NCBI GenBank assembly: GCA_008690995.1
Contig: VRMN01000004.1
Location: 62,001 to 126,000, forward strand
Length of the DNA stretch: 64,000 nucleotides
Reading direction: 5' to 3'
Source of the DNA: Porphyridium purpureum
Lineage: Eukaryota
Below, one piece after another: positions 1 to 10,246 of the stretch. A model generated the notes under the pieces. The model was not told the DNA's origin. It saw nothing but the letters and a program-made list of their open reading frames with translations, and searched no databases. The translations under genes were made by a program, and so were the position numbers. How positions within the stretch are numbered: position 1 is the stretch's first letter; each line of letters starts with the position of its first letter.

Positions 1-1751
1 CCCATTCGACAGGCACCTCGGCGGCTGCCGCGACTTCCAGTCCGAGTTCAGCGACTCTTGCCCACGCTGCGGACGCCATGACTGCCGTCCATGACATGAT
101 CGAAAAGTTCATGGCACAAAGCTGCGCGCCCATTGTTCATATGTGCACACAAAAGGGCACGACTAGCGCCAGTGTTGGGGTCTCTGGTGATGCGCCCAGT
201 GGCCCTGCAGACTCACTGCACGAGTTTGACTTTGTGAGCCGCGTCGTATGGCCTGAGTGTGTTCACGGCATCCAGGCCAACATGGGTCAGGTGTTCTCGC
301 CAGGCATTCCAAACACCTTTCACCGTTGTTTCAGATCTGCTTGCGCGATTTATGCCGTCATGGAGAAGGCATGTCCCCTCGAGGTGCAATTGGTGCGATT
401 GCATGACAGCGCAACGTCGAAGGACTTCTGGAAGCGTTGGAATCTCGCGGTGTACTTTCAGCTGCGGTTCCAGCAGATCACGGTCGACTTCGTGGCTACT
501 CTCGAACAAGAGAAGAAGAGCGCCATACAAGAAGCTCCCGCAGGGTCGGCGGCGGCATCCGGCACGAGTCACTCGAAAACGTCCGGGTCACCGGCCGGAA
601 GCACCAGCCAAAAGAGTGCGAATGGCAGCGCAAACTCGAAGGACCTGAGCATCGCGCGTGCGACTTCAGGATCATCTTTGGCTTCCTCCACCCAGTATTT
701 GCTTTTGCGCGCAGACATGTATCACCTGCCCGCGACTCATGCTTTGCTGCACGCACTAAGGCTGTGCTGGGACGACCACATTTTCCTCCCCGCTCTGGCT
801 GGCCGCTTTTTGCGGCTTTCGCTGCAATGTATTGCCCGGTACAAAAGCTGGGTACAGGCGGGACTCGATGGTGGCTGGGCAGCACCGGCAGAACGAGGAG
901 AGGCCTCGTTTGGGCAGCAGGCAGCTGGGTCTTCTTCGACGTCAACGCCGCAAACACAGAGCGCGCTGGAGAATGCATCGCTTGTGTACAGTGACATCAA
1001 AACCATGGAAAGCCGACTGCTGGCCGAATTGGCGTCATTATTGCGAGTGCAGTTGGGCTCGGATCTCAACTCGAGCATGTTTGCAATGTTTGACTCGTCG
1101 CTCGCAGAGGGCATCCAGCAGCTGTGCGCATTGCTGCCGAGCATTTGCGACACCATGGTACGGATACTGTCCAAAGCTTGCGTGGAAGGCCTTCAGCCAC
1201 TTCGCGGCATTCTTGCCACATACCGCATGACAAACAAGCCGCCACCAACGCAGTTCTCGCGGTTTGTGCCCAACATTCTCAAGCCGCTGCGTGTGTTTTT
1301 TGGCACAGAGCATGGCGGTAGGCTCCCTGCCGCAGTACGGTTGGACATAGCGCGCCAGATATCCGAGGCATGCTCGATCAAGTACTTTGAGATGGCACGC
1401 GACCTGATTGAAAGCGTGAAGAAGGCTGAGGACGTGCTGAAGCGCTTGAGTCTCGGTAAGCAGCCAGGCGCAGGCAGTGGCAGCGCCGACGGCAGTGTCG
1501 CCGGTGGCACCGGTAAGGGAATGTCTGGAACAAGCTCGGATGTGGACAAGATCAGCTTGCAGCTGTATCTAGACGTGCGCAAGTTTGGCTCAGAAATGGA
1601 GCAGTTTGGGCTCGTGCTGACTGCGTGCCCGCAGTACTCGAACCTGTGGTCTTTTATCAAGGCCGAGACCGAGAGCCGCGTCGGGCACGTGTCCGCGAGT
1701 GCCGTCGCTGGAGCCGCTGTTGCACCTGGCGCGCCGCCACCAGCGCAATAA
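1..1751 (+). CDS. COG2: Conserved oligomeric Golgi complex subunit 2 (5'-truncated by window edge)
   Basis: Frame is open from the window start; motifs FWKRWNLAVYFQLRFQQI, TYRMTNKPPPT..SRFVPNILKPL and SDVDKISLQLYLDV match the COG2 C-terminal half. Confidence 0.88.
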   Translation, partial: HSTGTSAAAATSSPSSATLAHAADAMTAVHDMIEKFMAQSCAPIVHMCTQKGTTSASVGVSGDAPSGPADSLHEFDFVSRVVWPECVHGIQANMGQVFSPGIPNTFHRCFRSACAIYAVMEKACPLEVQLVRLHDSATSKDFWKRWNLAVYFQLRFQQITVDFVATLEQEKKSAIQEAPAGSAAASGTSHSKTSGSPAGSTSQKSANGSANSKDLSIARATSGSSLASSTQYLLLRADMYHLPATHALLHALRLCWDDHIFLPALAGRFLRLSLQCIARYKSWVQAGLDGGWAAPAERGEASFGQQAAGSSSTSTPQTQSALENASLVYSDIKTMESRLLAELASLLRVQLGSDLNSSMFAMFDSSLAEGIQQLCALLPSICDTMVRILSKACVEGLQPLRGILATYRMTNKPPPTQFSRFVPNILKPLRVFFGTEHGGRLPAAVRLDIARQISEACSIKYFEMARDLIESVKKAEDVLKRLSLGKQPGAGSGSADGSVAGGTGKGMSGTSSDVDKISLQLYLDVRKFGSEMEQFGLVLTACPQYSNLWSFIKAETESRVGHVSASAVAGAAVAPGAPPPAQ

Positions 1752-2008
1752 AGACTATATCTGCCTGCATGTGTCAGTATCAGCTACCCAGTCGCCGCGG
1801 ATTCCACACAACGCCCGCGCTGAACACCCCTACGCAAACTCATTTCCACCTCGACACTTGTACTTGATGGCACAGATGGTCCCCGCTGCAAAAAAAACCA
1901 CGAAGGGGGGAGCGTCGGTAGCTCTGCGCTGCGCAGCTCAGGGAACGCGGTCCGAGCGATCGCATGGTGGGAGTGGAACAGGGCTGGGAATCATCGCGCA
2001 ATCAGAGT

Positions 2009-2476
2009 ATGCATAAGCCCAAGGGCGCGTGGGGCGCGGGGAGCGCGTCGATTGTGAACGCGGCCTCAGCTCCGCCGCCTCCTCCCCGGCAAGCGCAGCC
2101 CACCAAGCCGTCCGCGCCGTCTTCCGCAGGCGCAGGCGCCGAGAAGGGGCTGGCTTCGACAGCCGCAGGAGCTCAGATGCCGCTGGACGCGTCCAAGTTT
2201 TCGTACGAGGAGGCGGCGAAGGAGCTGAATGTGACATGGCAACAAACGTTGGCGCCGCTGCGCCCAGCGCCTCGGAATGGACCTGGTGTCGCGCAAAACG
2301 CCGCCGGATCAACCCCTCCACCGCAGTCTGGAGGTGTAGGTATGACCGCCATACGTCCACACGTGTACGTGCCACCCGCGACGCATGCAACTGGTAAAGC
2401 CACCGCGCCCAGGCTGAACTTTGAGTCCGCGCTCAGGGACGCCGTGCACCATGGCCAGACGTCCGGGTCACACTAG
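2009..2476 (+). CDS. Hypothetical Pro/Ala-rich protein (~155 aa)
   Basis: ATG at 2009 within ORF 1964-2476; fills the gap between COG2 and the lumazine synthase gene; no recognisable domain. Confidence 0.5.
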   Translation: MHKPKGAWGAGSASIVNAASAPPPPPRQAQPTKPSAPSSAGAGAEKGLASTAAGAQMPLDASKFSYEEAAKELNVTWQQTLAPLRPAPRNGPGVAQNAAGSTPPPQSGGVGMTAIRPHVYVPPATHATGKATAPRLNFESALRDAVHHGQTSGSH

Positions 2477-2795
2477 AGTAGGTGTCGTTGGTGAGAAAAT
2501 GCAAGAGTGCGTCGCTGTGAAATATCTTTTCCCCGCCCCCCACCTTTTTTTTTCCGTATCCTACAGCGCTGCGTAAACGCGAATTGGGTCTATTCTGGCT
2601 CACCTAAGGGATTCAGAAAAAGAACACTGACACCAACAACAACAACTACCACTGACCCCAATCGTCCTGCGCCAAGGCCTCCGGACTTTGTCGGTTGTGT
2701 TCTCCGGCCCTGATGGTTTGTACGTGTCCGAATGCTCGTTGGGTGTATCCCAGTCCTCCCCACTAACGCGCACGCCGGCGCACTCAGAAGTCAGC

Positions 2796-3374
2796 TCAGA
2801 AGCCGATCTTCTTGCCCGGCTCGGAGCTGACCTTTTTCGCGCCTCCTTCCGCATTCTCCAGCAAGTTGCCGAATCCGATTTTCTTCGCGCCCGTCTGGTC
2901 TGGCTTGCCCATCTGGGATGAGCGCAGCGTGGCCATTTCGACCGCAGTCAGCGCCCAGTCTTTTGCGTGCGAGCCCTTCCCTGTGGCCCTGAACTCTGCC
3001 TGCTCCTCCGTGAGACACGTGAGCACCCCGAACACGATGGGCACGGTGCTTTGCACCTGGATCTCCATTAGCGACTTGGCGACATTCTCGGCAATGTACT
3101 CGTAATGGTTTGTCTCGCCCTTGACGAGCACACCCAGACAGACGATCGCGTCGAGCTTCTGGGTGATGGACACGAACCTTGCGGCGAGCGGGAGCTCCCA
3201 CGTGCCGGGCACCTTGAACTGGATGATGTTGTCGTTCTCCACACCGGACGCCTTGAGCGTATCGACGACGTCTTTCTGCATCGCCTCCACGAGCTCGGCG
3301 TTCCACCGGGTCGCAAGGACGCCAATCCTGAACTTCTTCCCGTCCATCTCTGCAAACGTCACCTCCTTGCCCAT
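2796..3374 (-). CDS. ribH: 6,7-dimethyl-8-ribityllumazine synthase
   Basis: RIGVLATRWN, VPGTWELP, CLGVLVKGETNHYEYI, PIVFGVLTCLTEEQA, WALTAVEM; likely start MGKEV at 3374. Confidence 0.95.
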   Translation of the reverse strand: MGKEVTFAEMDGKKFRIGVLATRWNAELVEAMQKDVVDTLKASGVENDNIIQFKVPGTWELPLAARFVSITQKLDAIVCLGVLVKGETNHYEYIAENVAKSLMEIQVQSTVPIVFGVLTCLTEEQAEFRATGKGSHAKDWALTAVEMATLRSSQMGKPDQTGAKKIGFGNLLENAEGGAKKVSSEPGKKIGF

Positions 3375-3710
3375 ACGCAACGGCGGCGCGCGCGCTCCGC
3401 TCCGCGCCGGTCCTCGCCCACATAACAACGGGCAGGCGCTCTGCCCACCGCGGCGCTCCCGCAACGCACGATCCTCCCACAAACGCGTCCATCTTGTCTC
3501 TCCACCACTTACCTTCTCCTTATCCACCGCCATCTCCTCCACCCTCCTGTTCGCTCACACGCTCCACCAGCCTTGGCGCATCCACTGAACCTTTCGCCAC
3601 CAACTGTACCTGAAAGAGGTTCTGTGCACAAGTACAGTTCGCGCACGTGCGCGGTGGCGGGACCGCGCACGTGCCTTGCGCCGCGCGCGTCACGCCACGC
3701 GTGTTGCCGC

Positions 3711-3810
3711 GGCAACTGCGCCTCACGACCATCCGCCGTCTCGTGCAGCGCCTCACCATCTTCCGCCGTCTCGTCCCGGCAACTGCGCCTGACGACCTTC
3801 CGCCGTCTCA
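3711..3810. repeat. Three imperfect ~30-34 bp direct repeats (core GCGCCTSACSAYCWTCCGCCGTCTC)
   Basis: Copies at ~3711-3744, ~3745-3774 and ~3778-3810 in the divergent ribH/EDC4 intergenic region. Confidence 0.8.
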
Positions 3811-4025
3811 TCGCGGCGCGCCAAAGTGGCGTATGCCGGGCAGCGCTGCGTTTCGCCGGTCGGGTTTCCTTCTCGGTCTGAGCCCACGAGGCGTGCGCTT
3901 GCATCTGCCATCACGGCGCATTCGACGCACGGCTGTCCACCAAACCCATGGCGCCGCACACACGGCAACGCGCGCCAGCCAAGGTCGCGCAGCCCGCGTT
4001 CGCGTCCACGCGCGCCCGAGTTCAT

Positions 4026-4083
4026 GTACAGTGAGGTACAGTGTCGATGAGAACTGTACTCACAGACATGTTTGAAGTACAGT
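4026..4083. promoter_or_regulatory. Cluster of four GTACAGT/ACTGTAC motifs upstream of EDC4
   Basis: GTACAGT at 4026, 4036 and 4077; ACTGTAC at 4053; the same motif clusters upstream of many genes in the window. Confidence 0.55.
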
Positions 4084-4227
4084 GATCGGGTTGGCTGCGT
4101 GAGTCGGGGGAAAGGCGGCGATGGAGGAGAGAAGGGGGGGGAGCACACGGTGGCGGACGAGGGGAGTCGGTGTAAGGGGAGTGGAGGTGGGGACGGAGGA
4201 CTGAGCGCGCGATGGCGGAGATGACCG

Positions 4228-7194
4228 ATGAGCAGCGGCTGGCGGCGCAGCGCAGGTTTCTCGGCGCGGTTTGGCGGGTTTGGAGATCTGGCGCCCAACG
4301 GCGGCGCGTCCGCGCCCACCGCACCGGCGGCATTGGGCGCGCACTCAGAGTCGCCGGTGCATGCGCGGACGGCGGGGGCGGCGACTGCATCGGCGCAAGC
4401 GCATGTGTTGGACGCAGATCTGGCCATGCATCAGCAGCAGCAGCCGTGGTGGCCAGGCTGCGTCATCGCACCGGACGAGTCCGACGTGCATTACGACGCG
4501 GCTCAGTTTGCGAGCGTGGTGCAGAAAAGAGACGTCCGGACAAAGGATATCACGATGTACAAGTCCAAGTACGAGGAGAGCGCGGGGCGGAAAATTGCGG
4601 CAGACACTAACTTTATCTCATACTCGGTGAATGGGCACATCCGTGTGCTCTCTGACGATCTATCCACACGAACGCTGCTCAAGGGGCACGACGACGCGAT
4701 AGACGACATGGAGTTCTTTGCACAAACAGTTGCGCTGCCAGATGGTGGCGTGCAGAGCTGTCTGGCATCGTGCGGCGTCGATGGCCTCGTATTTCTGTGG
4801 ACCATCGTGCGTATGCCCGGCGACACGCTCGGCGAGGATGTGATCAAGTGTACCGACTCGATGAAGTGGCGCCATCCGCGCCCGAAAGGGCGTTACAGTC
4901 GCGTCACTTTTTGCAAGACTGCACACCGCCTCGCGCTTGTCGACCGCGAGAGCGATTCCGTGCGACTCATCATGGCCGAACGCGCGGGGTTCTCGTCGCG
5001 CACGCATTATCGAGAGCTCGAGCTGAGCTCCAGCACTGGCTCACCGCTTTGTGCTGCCGCGTGGTTGTCGAAAGACCGCATATTGACTGCGACCGTTGGC
5101 GGCACGGTCGATCTTTGGGATCCAGATACTGGTGTACGTTTACACACATTTGAGCCTCACGGCGGCCGCGCCATCTTTGAAATGCAGGCGTTGTCTGCTT
5201 CGACCTTTTTCACGATCGACGCAAACACCAACTCGATCTTGACATGGTACATACCCTCGTCGGCTTCTGAAAGCGAGTCGGTTGCAAATGCACCCAGTCG
5301 GATTGGACCAGAGCGAAAGCAGAGCATAACGTTGAACGTGGGCTCACGAAGTGGGATGGCCGCGTCGGCGCAGTACGCATCGTCATTTCTGGTGGCGGGC
5401 TGCGAACCGGCATCCGAATTCGTGCTTCTGATGGATATCACGCGGCGGACGCTTTTTGTATTACACGTCGATGTCAGCACCCTGTGGCGCTTCGATTGCA
5501 TCACCGAGATCCAACCCAAGCGCGACGCGATTTCATTTTGCGTGTCGCGCAAGTCACCGGCGGCGGCAAGCGGTGAGTCACCTGTCCTGTGTATGTACGC
5601 CGTGCAGCTCAAGGCAATCCAACTGCTCGAGATTGTGGCACGCGATTGCATGCCGGGACCGTCATCTGTTCCCACCACGTTTTGTAAGCCCGCGGTGACT
5701 CAAAGCTCGTATATGCTACCAGTGCCCGGTACGACCGGAACAGGAGCAGCAATGCAGCAGCAGATGCGTGACCAACGACAGCCAAATGATGAACAGCAAC
5801 ACGAGCAACAACACACGAGCCCCATGACTCTTTCCTCGCTTCGGCCAGGGGGCTATGAAATCAAGACACCGAACCCCACGCCGATTCCTGTCGGGCGCGC
5901 AGGCTCATCACGTGCGAGCGGCGGTGGCGGCGGTGGCGCTCGAACGATTAGCTCCGCTCGTTCATCACCACCATCTGCATCGCCGAGGGCGGCGTCTCCG
6001 CCGACGTCTGGAGCGAACACGCCAGCACAAGCGCGGAGCACGATGGGAGCCCCGGTGGTACCTTCGCTCGCGGCGGCTGTATCGATGCAAACGTTTGAAT
6101 TGGACTTGTGCGCAAAACTAGAGAAGCAGTGCATGATCGTTGTGGAGCAGGTACAAGCGTCAAACAAGGCTCAGGAAGCTGCATTTTCGGACAAGCTGGC
6201 TCGTCTTTGCACGTCAGTGGAAAGTACTCTCAAGTCGTCGATGCAGGGCATGGTGGAGAGCGCTTGTCGACGAGAGATGGCCGGAGCGATGGTCTCAATG
6301 TCTGAAACAGTTTCGAACAGTCTTGAGCACGAGCTGAACGAAGCTGCGCTGCGTGACGCGTGCCGCGCACATGCTAAAACGATGGTGTCTGGTCCTAGTT
6401 CGGACGCTCCGCAGGCGCGCAACGAGTTGCAGCTGGCGTACAGCGACGTCCTGTTTTCTGCAGGTATGCAAGAGCACCTCGAGCGGCTGATGGAGGAATC
6501 GCAAGTGAGCGGCACGTTCTCATCGGCGTGCGACATGATGGCGGCGCAGATCAGCGAGGCAATCGCGCGCGGCATGGAGCACCGCTTTATGCGTATTGTG
6601 TCGCCTGAAATGGAGCGTGCTTGCGCACTTGCTAGTCAGGCTGCGGACAAGTCGCACACGATGAACAGCTGCCTGGGCGGCTTAATCCTCACAACCGCCG
6701 CCGCGGCGAACGGTCTGGGGCTCGCGGACAAGTCACCGCCAGTAGATTATCGTGCCAATATAATCGAGCATATGGCACGGCAAAGCATAGAAGACGCTCT
6801 GGAGGAGCTGGTCGCGGCGGCGCAGAACCAACGTGGAAGTACAGCGGGCGGTGATAATGAGACCAGTCTTACTCTGTGGTTCTGTTCAGAGTGGGACCCG
6901 GAGATTTTTGAGGCGGCGGACAAAGTTGTGAGCTCGCGCGCTATGCTAGGGCTTATCTCGTGCCTGAGTGACGTGCTCGAGGCAGACGTCGAACTTGCGT
7001 TTCGCTGGCTGCACGAAGTGCTCCTGATGCTTGAGCTGGACGACGACGACGAGGACGGTGTGCACGAGTATGCCGCCAGCGTTCTTGAGCCGCTGTCCGC
7101 AAAACTCGGCGCGCTCTACGAGACTGCCTCACTGCCTAGTAAGCTGCAGAAGCGCTGCAAAGTGCTCCGGCACCTCGTCAAGAGCGTGGCCTAG
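4228..7194 (+). CDS. EDC4: Enhancer of mRNA decapping 4 / VARICOSE-like WD40 protein
   Basis: ITMYKS..GRKIAADTNFISYSVNGHIRVL..RTLLKGHDDAIDDMEFF resembles the VCS/EDC4 WD40 start; Ser/Pro-rich linker; helical C-terminus. Confidence 0.82.
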   Translation: MSSGWRRSAGFSARFGGFGDLAPNGGASAPTAPAALGAHSESPVHARTAGAATASAQAHVLDADLAMHQQQQPWWPGCVIAPDESDVHYDAAQFASVVQKRDVRTKDITMYKSKYEESAGRKIAADTNFISYSVNGHIRVLSDDLSTRTLLKGHDDAIDDMEFFAQTVALPDGGVQSCLASCGVDGLVFLWTIVRMPGDTLGEDVIKCTDSMKWRHPRPKGRYSRVTFCKTAHRLALVDRESDSVRLIMAERAGFSSRTHYRELELSSSTGSPLCAAAWLSKDRILTATVGGTVDLWDPDTGVRLHTFEPHGGRAIFEMQALSASTFFTIDANTNSILTWYIPSSASESESVANAPSRIGPERKQSITLNVGSRSGMAASAQYASSFLVAGCEPASEFVLLMDITRRTLFVLHVDVSTLWRFDCITEIQPKRDAISFCVSRKSPAAASGESPVLCMYAVQLKAIQLLEIVARDCMPGPSSVPTTFCKPAVTQSSYMLPVPGTTGTGAAMQQQMRDQRQPNDEQQHEQQHTSPMTLSSLRPGGYEIKTPNPTPIPVGRAGSSRASGGGGGGARTISSARSSPPSASPRAASPPTSGANTPAQARSTMGAPVVPSLAAAVSMQTFELDLCAKLEKQCMIVVEQVQASNKAQEAAFSDKLARLCTSVESTLKSSMQGMVESACRREMAGAMVSMSETVSNSLEHELNEAALRDACRAHAKTMVSGPSSDAPQARNELQLAYSDVLFSAGMQEHLERLMEESQVSGTFSSACDMMAAQISEAIARGMEHRFMRIVSPEMERACALASQAADKSHTMNSCLGGLILTTAAAANGLGLADKSPPVDYRANIIEHMARQSIEDALEELVAAAQNQRGSTAGGDNETSLTLWFCSEWDPEIFEAADKVVSSRAMLGLISCLSDVLEADVELAFRWLHEVLLMLELDDDDEDGVHEYAASVLEPLSAKLGALYETASLPSKLQKRCKVLRHLVKSVA

Positions 7195-7265
7195 GCACCG
7201 ACGACAAATGTCGTTCTTCCCAGTATGTCGGAGCGGACTCGCCACAGTGTACAGTAAAATAGAAA

Positions 7266-9296
7266 TAGTCGTACGAGATGCACCGGATCATCATCCCTCT
7301 GCTTTTCGCGAAGCTGGATTCACGCTTGGCGTCACTCCATTCTATCGCGTATTCCCGGCTTTTACTACCTTTTTTCAGCTGCTGCGATACGCGCGCGTTG
7401 AACTATAAACCTGAGTGTAAATACCTCGTGTCCACTGCCGTCACGGGCCTCCTGCGCAAAGATGCTACAGGATGTTCAGTGAGTCATTGACATCGCGCTT
7501 CAGAGTCCTGCGCTTGCGCACCGTTGTGGCTACACAGTGCATCGCGTAGCCACCGTCTACACAGTATATGGGCACGACGTGGTTGTGAAAGCACGTGAAC
7601 TACCGGCTAGACTGGTATTCATTCGCATTTTCAGCTTCCTTGCCTCTTCTGCTTGACGCCTTGCACGATTCCTTCACGGGCCAGCACAGTGACCGCGGCC
7701 GCAGATGCTGAAAAATACCTGCTCCACAAACTACCTCAGCATTTCGTCTATCAGTTGCATCAGCTCAAGTTTGGGATGTTTCGACGCAGCCCATACGTAA
7801 CTCGCCACCACACAAGCAAGCCAGTGTGAATAGAAAGCTGCGCACTCGCCTCTTGCACTTCAGCCACAGAGTCTGTCCAGCATCTTGATCAAGTCGCCGT
7901 ATGGTCGAAGGAAACTTGGCGTCGGGCACCTGCTTTAAAGATTCTAGCACGACTTTTTCTCCCTGCTCATCCATAGCCTCCTTTCGACATGAGCTTTCTC
8001 AAGACCACTTTTATGCTGGTACTCCTTTGTGCTCTGCTAAGCACAAGCTAGAGTCTTTTCGTAATCTTTTGTCCAAGTGTAGTTGAAAAGGACAGGGCGA
8101 CCAGGGTCTACTGCCACTCCTCGTTTGTTTGAAATGATGGCATCATCAGTCGTGACGATATCAGCACATTCCTTGTCGCGTTTTTTTGGCAGCGCTTGTA
8201 GCCAACACTTTGTGAATATTGGCACTAGAAGCATTGCCATGAGTCTACATCGTCGTCGCAAAGTGACGCCGCTTGTTCCGACCTTCGGCTTCACAGGGTT
8301 GAAAGCTAGTCTCCAAATGCTGCTTTGCGTTGGCGCGGCATGCTGGTAAATGTTCTAGTCGAAAGCTGCCCGTATGATCAAAAGCAGGTTGCAGCTGGTC
8401 TCGAAAAATGCCCGTTTCAATTGTGATGTGCTTTGACACGAAGCTGCAGAAGTCTCTGGTACCGCGCTCTAGCATCTCTACTTTACCATTATAGAGCCAT
8501 CGCAGGCAATCCTCCCAGCGCTCCTCGATGCGCTTCGTAGGCCGCAAACCAGCTGTATCCAGTGGAAGGTCATCGTACCGCTACATCCCCTGGTTGCTGC
8601 AGGCTTCCATAGCAGCTCATGCTGTCGGCACAGGCACATGCTTGACGGACTTCTACTTTTGCTCCTCTTATTCAGGTCCACCCTTACGGAACACACGCTT
8701 CGTGTCGCATGGCCTGGCCATACTTGTCCCATTAGCTCTGGGATCTCGTGACAGAGCATCAAAGAGGACCGCGTATGCTGTGCCCACGCGCCCACTCATG
8801 TTGGAGATTCACATTGTGGTTTTCTGCGTCGAGTCGTCCGTGTCAGGGCAGCTCAATAGCTCGCTCACTTGCCCGAAATCAGAGCCATCCGTGTTGTCTG
8901 GTCGCAGCGGCTCGTAGTCCGTTCAAGCGCCGCGCCACGGGTTTCAACTGGAGCATCAAGCTCAGCTTCGTTCCAGAGGACTCGGCTTCATTTCGGCACA
9001 AGTTATTTTCCTTCCAAGAGGTCGGGAGCCCAGTGATGCAGAAGCCGGATTGCTCCAGTAGCAGTGCGGGTGCCACCAAGGGACACGGCGCTCGATCTGG
9101 CGCTGCAGATGGCTGTCGCGGCAAAGCTGGCTCAAGTTGATCGTGGTCATGCTCTCCTGAATCACCTTACTGCGTGCGAGTCGCACAGCGACATCAGGCC
9201 GGGCCGTTTTCACGTCGTCATCAGGCGCTCCTTTCTCGCCAGCATCGGACACAGATCGAGCGCGGGAACGCCATCGGCGCAGCGGTTTAACGACTA
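7266..9296 (-). mobile_element. Putative non-autonomous Fanzor-carrying transposon remnant (boundaries tentative)
   Basis: Only the Fanzor relic lies between EDC4 and the next gene; a 7-bp inverted repeat TAGTCGT (7266-7272) / ACGACTA (9290-9296) brackets it; short TAACG repeats at 9288-9316. Confidence 0.4.
7410..9252 (-). pseudogene. Decayed Fanzor1 (eukaryotic TnpB-like RNA-guided RuvC nuclease)
   Basis: Hand translation across frames gives collinear Fanzor-like motifs: NLSQLCRD..LQRQIE (~9140), SFVSKHITIET (~8430), FATTM*THG (TDG-like, ~8245), GVAVDPGR (RuvC-I, D at 8108), STKEYQHKSG (~8020), GRGHCAG-PVKE (~7690), NEYQSS (RuvC-II, ~7620), KRDVNDSLNIL (RuvC-III, ~7494). Many stops and frameshifts. 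Confidence 0.8.
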
Positions 9297-9411
9297 ATTG
9301 GTCTAACGGCTAACGGTTTCAATAAACTGACAGATCGCTGTACGCCGCGTGTTCAGTGCGGAAGCCTCATCCGCACAGCTCGAGCGGGGCCGGTTTGCGA
9401 CACGCAAGCGG

Positions 9412-9976
9412 ATGGCGGAGGGAGGCGCGCCGAAGCGTTGGGTCGCGTCGTCGTGTTCGTCGTCTCGCTACCGTCCGTGGGGTGTCCGGACGCCTGCCTC
9501 CGCGACGTCGCCCGAGCGGCCCCGACTCGGCGGTTGGGATTGGCCCGCGGCTCCGCGCCACGTGCGGCGTGATGATCATAGTGACTGGCCAGCTCGCGCA
9601 GTCCGCGGATGGCGAGTTGGCAAAGAAGTTGGAGCAGCGAAGGATGCAGCGCGATGCAAGCGACAATTATAGCGCTGACATGGTGGCGGCTGCAGGGACG
9701 GACGACGCCGGAAACACGGTGAACGCCGTGCCGGTGGACGCGTCCACGTCGGATTTGATGGCAAGGCTTATTCAAAAACGTGCAATGCAAGAACAGGAGA
9801 GACAACGCCAGACCGCTCAAGAGCAGGGAACCTCAAAGGCGTCCGTTGCGCATGAGCCGCCGCTATCGTCGTCCTCTGGGCTGACGTTGGCGCAAAAGCT
9901 CGAACTGAAGCGGCAGCGACAACGAGAAGAGGCACTCAGTAGACATCAGCAACAACAAGAAGAAGAAAAACGATAG
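9412..9976 (+). CDS. Hypothetical coiled-coil protein with repeated LAKKLE/LAQKLE-RR segments; possibly spliced
   Basis: The 3' part of ORF 9356-9976 looks coding. ATG 9412 joins it in frame if 9442-9592 (GT...GTGACTGGCCAG) is an intron; start uncertain. Confidence 0.45.
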
Positions 9977-10246
9977 CAACATTAGCACCGGAGTGGATGG
10001 GATAGAAGCCTGAGCGATGAACAATCAGTTTGCTTTTCTTTCCCATGGATCTGGCCCTTACGGTGTCGGGTCGATGGTACTTGGCAGTGCTTATTGGAAT
10101 AAGCTCGCCACGACCAAGCTGGTCTAAAGGATCGTATCATTCCGAATATAATTATACTCTGTATCTACCTACTCTGATGCACTGTTACGTAGAAGCACAA
10201 CCCTTCAAGATCATGTGCCCCTAAGCACCTAGCCCGCAGCAGCTTG

